A stretch of DNA of 64,000 nt from an uncultured Gammaproteobacteria bacterium. Its GTDB lineage: Bacteria; Patescibacteriota; Patescibacteriia; UBA9934. Made by a program: the position numbers and the translations under genes. The stretch covers positions 119,649 to 183,648 of the forward strand of contig CAZKGL010000001.1 in the NCBI GenBank assembly GCA_964552565.1, read 5' to 3'. Under the pieces are notes generated by a model. It ran no database searches. It was given only the letters and a program-made list of their open reading frames with translations, and had not been told where the DNA came from. Positions 37,262-46,677 of the stretch are shown one piece after another (position 1 is the stretch's first letter; each line of letters begins with the position of its first letter).

Positions 37262-38665
37262 ATGGAATTCAGGAGGACAAAAATCGTGTGCACCATCGGA
37301 CCGGCGTCATCGAGCCCCGGGATGTTGGTGCGGATGTTGCGCGCCGGTATGGACATGGCGCGTTTGAATTTTTCTCATGGCACCCACGAGGACCACGCGC
37401 GGCTCATCCGCGCCGTCCGCGCCGCGTCCCGCAAGGCGGGGAAGGCGGTGGCGATCCTCCAGGACCTCCAGGGCCCCAAGATCCGCGTCGGTGATCTCCC
37501 GAAGGACGGCGTCGTCTTGCACAAGGGCGAACACATCACGCTGACGACCGAAGACCGCGCCTACGAAACGGACGGCCCTATCCCCGTGACGTACCACCGG
37601 CTCCACCGCGACGTCGCGAAGGGCCACCGCATCCTGTTTGACGATGGGACGATTGAGGTCGAGGTCGCCAAGGTGCGCGGCAAGCGCATCACGGCGCTCG
37701 TGAAGGTGCCGGGGACGCTGAAGTCCCACAAAGGCATGAACCTGCCGGACTCCGAGGTGAGCGCCGACCCTTTTACGACCAAGGACCGCGAGGACCTGCT
37801 CTTTGGCGTGGCGCAGGGCGTCGACTGGGTGGCGATGTCGTTCGTGTCATGTGCCGACGACATCATGACCGCCCGCGCCGTTGCGCGGAGCGCCGCCCGG
37901 GCCCATGGCGTGCGCACCCCACTCATCTTCGCAAAGATCGAACTGCGCAGCGCGCTTGACCGGTTCCCCGAGATCCTCGAGGCTGCGGACGGCATCCTGC
38001 TCGGGCGTGGCGACCTGGGCGTCGAAATTCCGCCCGAAGAGGTGCCTATCGTGCAAAAGGACGTTGTCGAGGCCTGCCGCCGGGCGGGGAAGCCGGTCAT
38101 CGTGGCCACGCAGATGCTCAACTCGATGGTGGACAACCCTCGTTCGACCCGCGCGGAGACCTCCGACGTCGCCAACGCCGTGTTCGACCACACCGACGCG
38201 GTGATGCTCTCTGCCGAATCCGCGACCGGGCGTTATCCCGTCGTCACCGTGCAGGCGATGGCGGCGGTCATCCGCGAGGCCGAGCAATCACGATACGACG
38301 ACATCGCCCACATCTGCGTGACCGTCCCTGGGCTCGAAGAGGCGATGGCGCAGACCGTGCACGTCCTTGCCGCGAGCGGGATTATTGGCGCCGTGGTTGC
38401 GGTGGCGTCGCACGGCGATCTCGCGCGCAAGCTGAACATGTACCGTCCGTCCGTCCCCATCTACCTCGTGACGCCCGACCCCGCGGTCGCCCGCCAGTCG
38501 GTCGCGTTTGCCGGGGTGACGCCGCTCGTCATGGACGACGCGGCCGGGAGCTTAGCGGCGCGTGTCCACACAAAAGTCCGCCGCGAGCGGCTGGTGCCGC
38601 GCGGCGCGGCGATTGCCCTCCTCACGGGTTCGGTCCCGCACACGCAGCTGAGTATTCTCCGCTAG
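37262..38665 (+). CDS. pyk: Pyruvate kinase
   Basis: RRTKIVCTIGPAS, RLNFSHG, DLQGPKIR, RGDLGVE, ATQMLNSM, DAVMLSAESA.G.YP. Confidence 0.97.
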   Translation: MEFRRTKIVCTIGPASSSPGMLVRMLRAGMDMARLNFSHGTHEDHARLIRAVRAASRKAGKAVAILQDLQGPKIRVGDLPKDGVVLHKGEHITLTTEDRAYETDGPIPVTYHRLHRDVAKGHRILFDDGTIEVEVAKVRGKRITALVKVPGTLKSHKGMNLPDSEVSADPFTTKDREDLLFGVAQGVDWVAMSFVSCADDIMTARAVARSAARAHGVRTPLIFAKIELRSALDRFPEILEAADGILLGRGDLGVEIPPEEVPIVQKDVVEACRRAGKPVIVATQMLNSMVDNPRSTRAETSDVANAVFDHTDAVMLSAESATGRYPVVTVQAMAAVIREAEQSRYDDIAHICVTVPGLEEAMAQTVHVLAASGIIGAVVAVASHGDLARKLNMYRPSVPIYLVTPDPAVARQSVAFAGVTPLVMDDAAGSLAARVHTKVRRERLVPRGAAIALLTGSVPHTQLSILR

Positions 38666-38934
38666 CCGGAAAAACCTGCAGCCTGCGTGGGGAGCTGGTC
38701 GATGCGCTCCTCAATCCACCGCTCCGCGCTTGGCACGATGAGCTGGCCGAGGAGGTAAATGACGATGCCGAAGACGATGGTGCCGCCGATCGCCATGCCA
38801 AAGCCGCGGACGATGCCGTCGAGGAACGCGCGGGGGAGGCGTTTGCCAGCCCGGAGCGATTCAAGGTAGTCTCGGTGGGCACGGGCGATCGTTTCTGCAA
38901 GCGCCTGTTCCGATACGCGTTTTTCGTCTGTCAT
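38662..38934 (-). CDS. Small membrane protein (DUF5665-like)
   Basis: FLDGIVRGFGMAIGGTIV followed by TM. Confidence 0.7.
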   Translation of the reverse strand: MTDEKRVSEQALAETIARAHRDYLESLRAGKRLPRAFLDGIVRGFGMAIGGTIVFGIVIYLLGQLIVPSAERWIEERIDQLPTQAAGFSG

Positions 38935-38951
38935 ATCCGGCACAGTACCAT

Positions 38952-39464
38952 ATGCGGCTGATGCTTTTGAATGGGCCATGGGGCGTGGGCAAGAGTACCG
39001 CGGCGCGGCTGTTGCACGCCGCGATCCCCGGCTCGTACCATCTCGAGCTCGACGCGCTCCGTCGCAGTATCAGCGGCTACGAACGCGACCGCCAAAAGAG
39101 CTTCTTTTTTTCGTTGACGCTCGCAAAGGCGATTATGGCGGAATGCTTTGCGGACGGGCGTGATGTCATCGTCGACAAGATGTTTTTTGCGCCCGAGGTG
39201 ATTGACGGCATCCGGGCGTTCGCAGGGGAGCGCGGTGCCGGGGTATTCGAGATCATCCTTTGGACCGACAACCGGACGCTCCTCTCGCGCGGCGCGACGC
39301 GCGGCTATTCGAGCGGCGTGTTCTCCATCGAAAAGGCACAGCGCTCGTGGGACCTCATTGAGCGCCTCATCCCTCAGCGCCCGCAAGCAACTGTCATTGA
39401 TACCACCTCTCTTTCTCCTCATGACACCCTGCGTAAGATTCATGCGGTTATTGCTGCCGGGTGA
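38952..39464 (+). CDS. AAA/nucleoside-kinase-like P-loop protein
   Basis: LLNGPWGVGKST, D.LR, DVIVD. Confidence 0.8.
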   Translation: MRLMLLNGPWGVGKSTAARLLHAAIPGSYHLELDALRRSISGYERDRQKSFFFSLTLAKAIMAECFADGRDVIVDKMFFAPEVIDGIRAFAGERGAGVFEIILWTDNRTLLSRGATRGYSSGVFSIEKAQRSWDLIERLIPQRPQATVIDTTSLSPHDTLRKIHAVIAAG

Positions 39465-39471
39465 CGGCATA

Positions 39472-39559
39472 GAGGGACGAGTGGTGCGTCGTTGGGCGGA
39501 GACGTCTGCGCCCAGCCGCAGTCGCGCAGTTGCGGAGCACAACGACGTACCCGAGTCCC
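39472..39559 (-). repeat. Dispersed inverted-terminal repeat element, family 1 copy 2
   Basis: Reverse complement of 17844-17953 lacking the central insert. Confidence 0.85.
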
Positions 39560-39621
39560 GATCGGACCGAAAGCGCCGTCTGCAAACAAAAGACACCCGG
39601 ACGAAGGGTGTCTTTTGTTTC

Positions 39622-39837
39622 CTACTTTTTACACGCCTTGCAGGAGCCGCAGAAGAGCATTGCAACCGCGGAGAGGCCGACGAGCACGTAGACGATCCGC
39701 TCGACGATATCCCACTGTCCCAGGATGGTTTCGACAAGGTTGAAGTCGAACAGGCCGACGAGGCCCCAGTTCAACGCACCGATGATGACGAGGACCCACG
39801 CGAACTTGTGCACACCACACATGCCATGTGACATCAT
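39622..39837 (-). CDS. DUF378 (YuzA-like) membrane protein
   Basis: LVIIGALNWGLVGLFDFNLV...IVYVLVGLSA. Confidence 0.9.
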   Translation of the reverse strand: MMSHGMCGVHKFAWVLVIIGALNWGLVGLFDFNLVETILGQWDIVERIVYVLVGLSAVAMLFCGSCKACKK

Positions 39838-39954
39838 AGTGAAAGAAAAATGGTAAAGAGTGTCGAATTCGGGTTGACGCTCGTCCTGCGCCACGCCCGC
39901 GGTGCGTTTATCATAGCACGAGAAATGGCTAATCTCAGATATTGCGGACGATCG

Positions 39955-39963
39955 TGTGGATAA
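39955..39963 (-). promoter_or_regulatory. DnaA box (TTATCCACA)
   Basis: Perfect consensus, intergenic. Confidence 0.45.
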
Positions 39964-40013
39964 TCGATCCGTGGCCGAAAATAATTGACAGCCTCGACAA
40001 CGCCGGATAGGTG

Positions 40014-40055
40014 GATGTCCTGAAAAACTCACGATCGTGAGTTTTTCAGGACATC
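40014..40055. repeat. 42-bp perfect palindrome
   Basis: gatgtcctgaaaaactcacga|tcgtgagtttttcaggacatc. Confidence 0.9.
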
Positions 40056-40245
40056 AACGGTATTTGTTTTCCGGCGGGGGAGGGACGTTGCCGCCTTCGC
40101 GCCGGGCTTCCGAGAGCCCGATGGCGATCGCCTGGCGAGGGTTCGTGACCTTCTTGCCGCTTTTGCCGCTGTGCAGCTCGCCACGTTTCATCTCATGCAT
40201 TTTCTCTTCAACCTTTTCTTGGGCCTTCTTTCCGTATTTTGCCAT
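40054..40245 (-). CDS. DUF6496-like small basic protein
   Basis: MHEMKRGELHSG.SGKKVTNPRQAIAIGLSEAR. Confidence 0.85.
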   Translation of the reverse strand: MAKYGKKAQEKVEEKMHEMKRGELHSGKSGKKVTNPRQAIAIGLSEARREGGNVPPPPENKYR

Positions 40246-40363
40246 AGGCCTTCATCATCGCTATCTGGCCGGTATCGTCAACCTCAACGTCACAGTAATG
40301 ATACGGTCGACACATTAGTGTGACGGATATGAAAAACCCGCAGCCGAAGCTGCGAGTTTTTCA

Positions 40364-40440
40364 TGGCGGGCCGGACGGGACTCGAACCCGCAACTTCTGC
40401 CGTGACAGGGCAGTGCTCTAACCAATTGAACTACCGGCCC
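40364..40440 (-). tRNA. tRNA-Asp(GTC)
   Basis: GGGCCGG/CCGGCCC acceptor, CTGCC-CTGTCAC-GGCAG anticodon arm, GTTCGAG, CCA. Confidence 0.96.
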
Positions 40441-40542
40441 AGGTAGATTCAACGCGGCCACAGTGTAACAACAGGCTGGAAAATATGCAAGATGCCCGCA
40501 TGGGTTGCACTCGGCCTTTTGGGGTGGGAAAATGGGGGCGCT

Positions 40543-41514
40543 ATGGGAATGCCGAAATGGGGAGGCTACGTAGGGGCGTTTGTGCTTGGTGCGGCCGCCG
40601 GGGTCGTGGCCATGGCCGGGCCGGGGCAGGCGGACGACCGTCTGTTCGGGACGCCGCTGCGCGACCAGGACACGGGCTACGCCTATGTCGCCCCGCTCCT
40701 CGCGTGCAACGTCGGGGCAGAGGAGGAGTCGGTTTCGTTGTCGGGGCTGAAGTCGTCGTTTTCCTCCCTCATCGACGCCGCGGTCGCCTCTGGCGCCATC
40801 GAGCACACATCGGTGTACTTCCGCGTGCTCGATACCGGCGAATGGACCGCGGTGGACGGTGACGCGCCGCATTCCCCCGCAAGCCTCATGAAGGTGCCGA
40901 TCCTCATGGCGTACCTCGAAGCGGCGCAGCGTACGCCGGCTATTCTGCGGGAACGGGTTGCGTATGTTCCTGCAACGGACGAGGCGCAAGTTATTTTTCC
41001 TACGCAGACGCTGGCGGCGGGGGAGATGTATACCGTTGAGGATCTCCTGAAAGCGATGGTGATGTATTCGGATAACGGAGCCCGTGATGTACTTATGGAA
41101 TACATCGATTACGGGATCCTCTCTGAAACGTTGGAGGACCTGGGCATCCCGTTGCCCAAGCAGGGGACGGAATACACCGTGTCGCCCCGCCTGTATTCGC
41201 GTCTGTTCCGTATTTTGTACAATGGCACGTATTTGACCCCCGAAATGTCCGAGCTCGGCCTGTCGTGGCTCGCCCAGTCGGAATATGCGGACGGGATTCG
41301 GGCGGGCGTACCGGATGACGTCGAGGTTGCAAATAAATTTGGGAACGCGACCGTGACCGGCGCGGACGGCACGGATACGTACGAGCTGCACGATTGCGGC
41401 ATCGTGTACGCGGAGTTGCCGTATACGCTGTGCGTCATGACGCGTGGCGACGATCTTGCTGCGCTTGCGGATGTCATCGCGGAACTGAGTCGCGTGGCGT
41501 TTGCTTCGCCATAA
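40543..41514 (+). CDS. Class A beta-lactamase-like serine hydrolase
   Basis: SxxK (ASLMK), SDN, KFG, HDCGIVY; N-terminal TM. Confidence 0.85.
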   Translation: MGMPKWGGYVGAFVLGAAAGVVAMAGPGQADDRLFGTPLRDQDTGYAYVAPLLACNVGAEEESVSLSGLKSSFSSLIDAAVASGAIEHTSVYFRVLDTGEWTAVDGDAPHSPASLMKVPILMAYLEAAQRTPAILRERVAYVPATDEAQVIFPTQTLAAGEMYTVEDLLKAMVMYSDNGARDVLMEYIDYGILSETLEDLGIPLPKQGTEYTVSPRLYSRLFRILYNGTYLTPEMSELGLSWLAQSEYADGIRAGVPDDVEVANKFGNATVTGADGTDTYELHDCGIVYAELPYTLCVMTRGDDLAALADVIAELSRVAFASP

Positions 41515-41601
41515 AACGAGGAAGACCCACCGCGGTGCCGAGTTGAACGGCGGTGCGGTGGGTCCCCGGTGGGGCGTAAACCCCGAGGTGTCGGCAGGAG
41601 G

Positions 41602-42219
41602 CTAGGCCTCCGTGCCGGCGGGCTTGTTGGTGATGGTCGGCGGGTCGGTCGAGTCGTCGCGGCGGACCGGCGGGTCGGCCGGCGGCGCGGGGGCGGCGGG
41701 CGCGGGCTCCTCGGCCTTGGGCTCGACGACCTTCACGGTCGTCTCGGCCTTGGCCTTCGGGGGCGCCTTGCGGCAGTCGCTGTCGCGGACGTTGTTGCAC
41801 ATGGCGTACACGTCCTTGCCGCAGTCGATGTCCTTGCCGTCGCGCTCGACGTCCTCGAGCTCGGTCCAGGCCGTCTTCAGCCCGATCTGCGGGAGGCAGG
41901 CGAGCAGGTCGACGACCGTGCCGTGCGCGTCGAGCACCTTGTAGGGCTCGGCCGTGTCCTGGACGCCCGAGATGTAGAACTCCTCGGTGCCCTGGACGCT
42001 GCGGACGCCGCCGATGGTGCGGGCGACGACCTTGCGGTGGCCGGGGGCCGAGAAGGTGGTGTCGACCACCGTCTCCTCCGCGCCGGTCGCCCAGTTGTAG
42101 AGCGCGGTGCCGCCGCCGCCGCACACCAGCAGCCCGACGACCGCGGCGCCGATGAGGCCGGCGCAGCCGATCTGCTTCCACGACCAGCCCTTGCTGGCCC
42201 GGTTTTCCGTTTCGTCCAT
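41602..42219 (-). CDS. Hypothetical exported protein with Pro/Ala-rich tail
   Basis: TTGACT-17-TACTAT promoter (42306-42278), GGAGG SD, N-terminal TM, very high GC3. Confidence 0.7.
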   Translation of the reverse strand: MDETENRASKGWSWKQIGCAGLIGAAVVGLLVCGGGGTALYNWATGAEETVVDTTFSAPGHRKVVARTIGGVRSVQGTEEFYISGVQDTAEPYKVLDAHGTVVDLLACLPQIGLKTAWTELEDVERDGKDIDCGKDVYAMCNNVRDSDCRKAPPKAKAETTVKVVEPKAEEPAPAAPAPPADPPVRRDDSTDPPTITNKPAGTEA

Positions 42220-42367
42220 TGTCGGAACCCTCCAAGTCGAGCGAGTCGGGGTAGCACCCCCAATCTGCTGACCCGCGATAGTAACAGAAAACGCAACAAA
42301 AGTCAATAAAATGTGGCTAATACAAAGAAAAAACAGGCCGGAAGGCCTGCTTTTTCGTGAAAATTGG

Positions 42368-42712
42368 TTACTTGGTGGCCGAAACGACCTTGGCGAAGAT
42401 GCCGGGGTGCTTTTCCGCAAGCTGCGAGAGCACTTTGCGGTCAAGCGCGATATTGGCCTTCTTGAGGAGGTCGATGAAGCGCGAATAGGACAGCCCGTGC
42501 TCGCGGACCGCGGCGTTCAGCTTGATGGTCCAGAGGTTGCGGAAACTGCGCTTCTTGGCGCGGCGGTCGCGGAAGGCGTACGCGCCGGCCTTCAGCATTG
42601 CCGGGCGGGCCAGGCGGATCTTGTTCTTGCGGCCCCAGCGGTAGCCCTTCACCCGCTTCATCAGGTTCGCGCGGCGCTTGCTGTGTTGTACTCCACGTTT
42701 TACTCGAGGCAT
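42368..42712 (-). CDS. rplT: 50S ribosomal protein L20
   Basis: MPRVKRG...KGY...YAFRDRR.KKR.FR.LW...DRKVLS. Confidence 0.98.
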   Translation of the reverse strand: MPRVKRGVQHSKRRANLMKRVKGYRWGRKNKIRLARPAMLKAGAYAFRDRRAKKRSFRNLWTIKLNAAVREHGLSYSRFIDLLKKANIALDRKVLSQLAEKHPGIFAKVVSATK

Positions 42713-42718
42713 ATGCGG

Positions 42719-42925
42719 TTACTTGACCTTGTTGTGGTAGGGGAGGAGCCCCGACACGCCCTTGCGGACGGTGCGCGACAGCGTGACGTCGGTGCGCTTG
42801 TTGCGCGTCACCTTGCCCGGTTCGCGGGAGTTAAAGTGGTCCTGACCGGCCTTGCGCTTGATCATTTTGCCGGTTTTCGTGATGCGGATGCGCTTGGCAA
42901 GCGCCTTATGGGTCTTCAGGGACAT
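42719..42925 (-). CDS. rpmI: 50S ribosomal protein L35
   Basis: LKTHKALAKRIRITKTGK; between infC and rplT. Confidence 0.93.
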   Translation of the reverse strand: MSLKTHKALAKRIRITKTGKMIKRKAGQDHFNSREPGKVTRNKRTDVTLSRTVRKGVSGLLPYHNKVK

Positions 42926-42976
42926 AGGCTCGGTCAATTGACAATGGCAGGAGTCTACGGGAAATCCGGAAAAAGG

Positions 42977-43531
42977 TCAAGAATTGCGGGCAAGGATCAT
43001 GTGGATCTTGCCGTCCTGGTTCTTGAGGGGGGATTCGACCTTCACGTCGTAGGACTGGCGCAGCTGCTCCACGAAGGCGTCAAACACCTCTTTTGCCTTG
43101 TCGAAATGAGCGCGTTCGCGGCCGCGGAGGATCATCTCCGCCTTGATCTTGTCGCCCTTTTCGAAGAACTTTTTGCCCTGTTCGACGCGGATGGCGAGGT
43201 CGCCCTGGCCGATGCGCATAGTGAGGCGGATGCCCTTCGTCTCCACTTCCTTGGACTGGGCGCGCTGTTTGCGGACCTCCTTTTCCTTCTGGTACTTGAA
43301 GTGGCCGGCGTCGGCGAACTTGCACACCGGCGGCTCGGCCTTCGGGGACACCTCAATAAGGTCGAGGCCGCGTTCTGCGGCGAGCGCGACGGCCTTCGCA
43401 ACCGGAAGGACCCCGAGCGCGACGCCGTTCTCGTCGATGACGCGCACCTCCGGCACGTCGATCTTCTCGTTGACGCGGTATTCCGGGATGGTGAACTTCG
43501 GTTTTCGTTGACGGTGGCGATGGATGCGCAT
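42977..43531 (-). CDS. infC: Translation initiation factor IF-3
   Basis: VNEKI..PEVRVID, GLDLIEVSP.A.PPVCK, LRGRE. Confidence 0.97.
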   Translation of the reverse strand: MRIHRHRQRKPKFTIPEYRVNEKIDVPEVRVIDENGVALGVLPVAKAVALAAERGLDLIEVSPKAEPPVCKFADAGHFKYQKEKEVRKQRAQSKEVETKGIRLTMRIGQGDLAIRVEQGKKFFEKGDKIKAEMILRGRERAHFDKAKEVFDAFVEQLRQSYDVKVESPLKNQDGKIHMILARNS

Positions 43532-43565
43532 GGCCGTGAATTACGGATGATGAATATTTCCTCGT

Positions 43566-43959
43566 TGGTGGACCTGAAGGGAGTTGAACCCTTGTCTGGT
43601 CGGAGATGCCCTGTCGATGGTTTCCAAGCTCAGTAGCGCTTGGTGTGCGCGCTATCCCTTAAAGCGTTACGAAAAAGGATAGACCGCGTTCCCGTCCAAC
43701 AGGTCGCATCATGAGACGGGAATCATGATGCCGAGCATGCGGTTATAACACCCGTTGTCCACCTGCATACTCGATGGGACGGATGGGCGCACGGCGCTTA
43801 GGCGGTGGCCAGAGCGAGCGACGGCATGCGGAACGCAGCCTTCACGCGCTGAGAGAAGCTGTTGGCATTTCTCGGTTGCATCGTGTGATGACGAAGGACG
43901 ATGCACCTCCGGCTTGATCGGGCAGGGAACCGATTCCGCCATCGAAGCCTGGCAGGCCC
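43566..43959 (-). ncRNA. ssrA: tmRNA
   Basis: Acceptor GGGCCTG/CAGGTCC-ACCA with G3.U, 5' TTCGA, T-arm GGTTCAACTCC; tag ORF 43866-43798 ANSFSQRVKAAFRMPSLALATA*; directly downstream of smpB. Confidence 0.93.
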
Positions 43960-43971
43960 CTCGACGGAGAA

Positions 43972-44415
43972 CTATTCCTTAAGCCGTTGTCGGATCTCGC
44001 GCTCGATGTCGCGCTTCTTGATGACCTCACGTTTTTCGTGCTGCCGTTTTCCTCGCGCAAGCGCAAACCCAAGCTTGACAAGATCGCCTGTAGTGTAGAC
44101 AGAAACCGGCACAATCGTCAACCGTTCGGCCTCATGTTTTCCGCGAATGGCATTGATTTCTTTCTTATGGACGAGGACGGTGCGGTCGCGGGTCGGGTGG
44201 TACTTCTCCGGAGATCCTGACGGCGCATAATGACCGATGTGCATGCCGCGGATGACGAGCTCGCCGCCGACGATGTCGAGGTACGACCCCTTGAGGTTGA
44301 CGTGACCCGCTTTTGCCGCCTTCACTTCGGCCCCCGTCAACGCCAAACCGCCCTCGAACCGATCGAGGAGTTCATAGTCATGGAGCGCACGCGCGTTTTT
44401 TGCGAGCTCGGGCAT
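43972..44415 (-). CDS. smpB: SsrA-binding protein
   Basis: NARALHDY...GLALTGAEVK...RGKRQHEKRE.IK. Confidence 0.95.
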   Translation of the reverse strand: MPELAKNARALHDYELLDRFEGGLALTGAEVKAAKAGHVNLKGSYLDIVGGELVIRGMHIGHYAPSGSPEKYHPTRDRTVLVHKKEINAIRGKHEAERLTIVPVSVYTTGDLVKLGFALARGKRQHEKREVIKKRDIEREIRQRLKE

Positions 44416-44436
44416 GCATGGTACACTAGCAGCAAT

Positions 44437-45504
44437 ATGGCAGCGCGAAAAGAGGAGGAGCGGCACGGTTCGGTCATCACGATTTCGACCGGGACGATCT
44501 TCCGTTCCTTGCTCATCCTGCTTGCGGCGTATCTCCTGTATGTCATCCGCGACGTCGTCGCGCTGTTTCTTGTTGCGGTGTTCATCGCGGTCATCATCGA
44601 CCCGTTTGCCGGACGCCTCCAGCGCATGGGCCTGCCGCGCGGGCTTTCTGTGGCCATCATCTACCTCATGTTGCTCGCCGTCCTCGCCGGCCTCCTGACG
44701 CTTGTCGTGCCGCCGATGGTGTCGGAGTTCAGCCAGCTTGCAACGACGTTTGCGCCGCTCCTCGAAGACACGCGGTTCGCCGGCATCAAGTCGCTCATCG
44801 AAACCGGCGCGTCCCCCGAGGGGCTCGGCGCGATTGCCGCGAGCATCCAGGAATCCGGCCTGCTCGGCGCGCTGCCGCAGCTCGGCGGCGTCGCGCTCGG
44901 CGCGCTCGGCGGCGTCCTCGGGTTTTTCCTCATCCTCATCCTCGCGTTTTACCTTGTCACGGAAGAGAACGTCATCCGCCGCGGCATCGCGCTCCTCGCG
45001 CCAGACGAATACCAGCCGTTCGTCTCGCAGCTCTCCGTGAAGATGCGCGAGAAGGTCGGGCATTGGCTCCGCGGCCAGCTCCTTATTATGCTCATCGTCG
45101 GCCTGCTCGACTACGGGGCACTCGTCATGCTCGGCATCCCGTACGCCATCGTGCTCGCGATTGTTGCCGCGCTGTGCGAGGTCGTCCCGTTCATCGGCCC
45201 GAACGTCGCGGTCATCCCGGCCGCGGTCATCGCGTTTTCCGTCTCGCCCGTGCACGCCGTGCTCGTCCTTGCGGCCTACTTTGTCGTCCAGCAGATTGAG
45301 AGTAACATCCTGACGCCGAAGATCATGCAGCGGACGACCGGTCTCAACCCCATCATTACGATCCTCGCCATCCTTATCGGGTTCGAGATCGGCAATACGC
45401 AGGGCGTCCAGGGCGGCGTCATCGGCGCGTTACTCGCCATCCCGCTTGCCATGACCGCATCGGTCTTCTTTAACGAAGTATTCCGCGAACGCGCGGAACG
45501 GTAG
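44437..45504 (+). CDS. AI-2E family transporter
   Basis: Polytopic; WLRGQL, PFIGP, QQIESNILTPKIM, GALLAIP. Confidence 0.9.
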   Translation: MAARKEEERHGSVITISTGTIFRSLLILLAAYLLYVIRDVVALFLVAVFIAVIIDPFAGRLQRMGLPRGLSVAIIYLMLLAVLAGLLTLVVPPMVSEFSQLATTFAPLLEDTRFAGIKSLIETGASPEGLGAIAASIQESGLLGALPQLGGVALGALGGVLGFFLILILAFYLVTEENVIRRGIALLAPDEYQPFVSQLSVKMREKVGHWLRGQLLIMLIVGLLDYGALVMLGIPYAIVLAIVAALCEVVPFIGPNVAVIPAAVIAFSVSPVHAVLVLAAYFVVQQIESNILTPKIMQRTTGLNPIITILAILIGFEIGNTQGVQGGVIGALLAIPLAMTASVFFNEVFRERAER

Positions 45505-45507
45505 TGT

Positions 45508-45903
45508 ATGCTCCACCATCGCAGCTGGTTCCCGTTCATCCTCATCGGCCTCTCGCTCGCGCTTGGGGTGATCATTGCTGCCGTCTATGCCCCCCTAGCC
45601 CCCATAAATGGGGGTACCATCGGGGAAAATGAGACCCCCTCCATTGATGGAGGGGGCACGGGGGTGGTTACGGCAGAAGAATATGAGGCCGGCGTGCGCG
45701 CGGTCCTCTCGACGTACGCGGCGGGTGCGGATGCCGGCGCGGCCTACGACGCGCTTGTGGCCATGCGCGTCCCCACGGTCGAGTACCAAGCGGCGCACCT
45801 CGAGCTCGTCATCGCGTTTGCACAACTGAAATCCGGCAACACGGACGAAGGCCAGGCGCGGCTCGACCTCGCCATGACCGCGTACCCGTGGCTCATTCCG
45901 TAA
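45508..45903 (+). CDS. Hypothetical membrane-anchored protein
   Basis: N-terminal TM, operonic spacing. Confidence 0.7.
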   Translation: MLHHRSWFPFILIGLSLALGVIIAAVYAPLAPINGGTIGENETPSIDGGGTGVVTAEEYEAGVRAVLSTYAAGADAGAAYDALVAMRVPTVEYQAAHLELVIAFAQLKSGNTDEGQARLDLAMTAYPWLIP

Positions 45904-45906
45904 CGT

Positions 45907-46677
45907 GTGATCCTCCTCCACCGCCTCACGCCGTTCGCCCTCGCGGGCACGCTGTTCGCGGGCTTCGCGATGCTCATCGCGAGGCCGGCGTCCTTGTGGT
46001 GGCCGATCGTCCTCCTGTTTGTTGCGTCGACGCTCCTCCTCTCGCGGCTCCTCTTGTTCGAGTTCCGCCGTCCGGCGTTCTGGGTGTTCCTCGGCATCCC
46101 GTTGTTCATGGTCACCTCTGCGTTCCTGTTCTTCCTCTTTTTGGAATCCGACCTCGCCAAGTGGATCCTCGCGGTGAGCGTCGTCCTCGCGGCCGGACTG
46201 TACGCGGAGAACCTCTTTACGTTTTACCACCTGCCGAGCGCGTACCAAGCGTACTCGCTCGAGTATCTCTCGCTCGTCATCTCGATCGCGAGCGCGTTCT
46301 TCTTCACGAGCGCGGCAAACGGCGCGCACCTCTTCTTGCGCGACCTTGTCCCGTTGTGGATCCCCGCCATCATCGTGTTCGTCGCCGTGCTGTTTTCCAC
46401 GCTGGCGATGTTCTGGGTGAGCAAGGTCGGGTTTGAGACGTCGCGCCGGTACGCGCTGTTCGGCGCGCTCCTCATGACGGAACTCTTCGTCGTGCTGACG
46501 TTTTTGCCGACGAGCTTCGTGGCGAACGCCGCCGCCTTCGCGACGTGCTTGTATGTGTACCTCGGCCTCATGCGCGCGCACGTGCTCGAAAAACTGAGCC
46601 GGACGGTCGTGCGGCGGTACGCACTCACTGGTATGCTTCTTTTGGCGGTCATTTTTGGAACCGCACAATGGCTATGA
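45907..46677 (+). CDS. Polytopic membrane protein
   Basis: About 8 hydrophobic segments; operonic. Confidence 0.75.
   Translation: MILLHRLTPFALAGTLFAGFAMLIARPASLWWPIVLLFVASTLLLSRLLLFEFRRPAFWVFLGIPLFMVTSAFLFFLFLESDLAKWILAVSVVLAAGLYAENLFTFYHLPSAYQAYSLEYLSLVISIASAFFFTSAANGAHLFLRDLVPLWIPAIIVFVAVLFSTLAMFWVSKVGFETSRRYALFGALLMTELFVVLTFLPTSFVANAAAFATCLYVYLGLMRAHVLEKLSRTVVRRYALTGMLLLAVIFGTAQWL

Noticed and set aside
43540-43600. Element integrated at tmRNA or tRNA 3' ends
   Set aside because: No duplicated 3' end or integrase was seen next to ssrA, tRNA-Val or tRNA-Asp.
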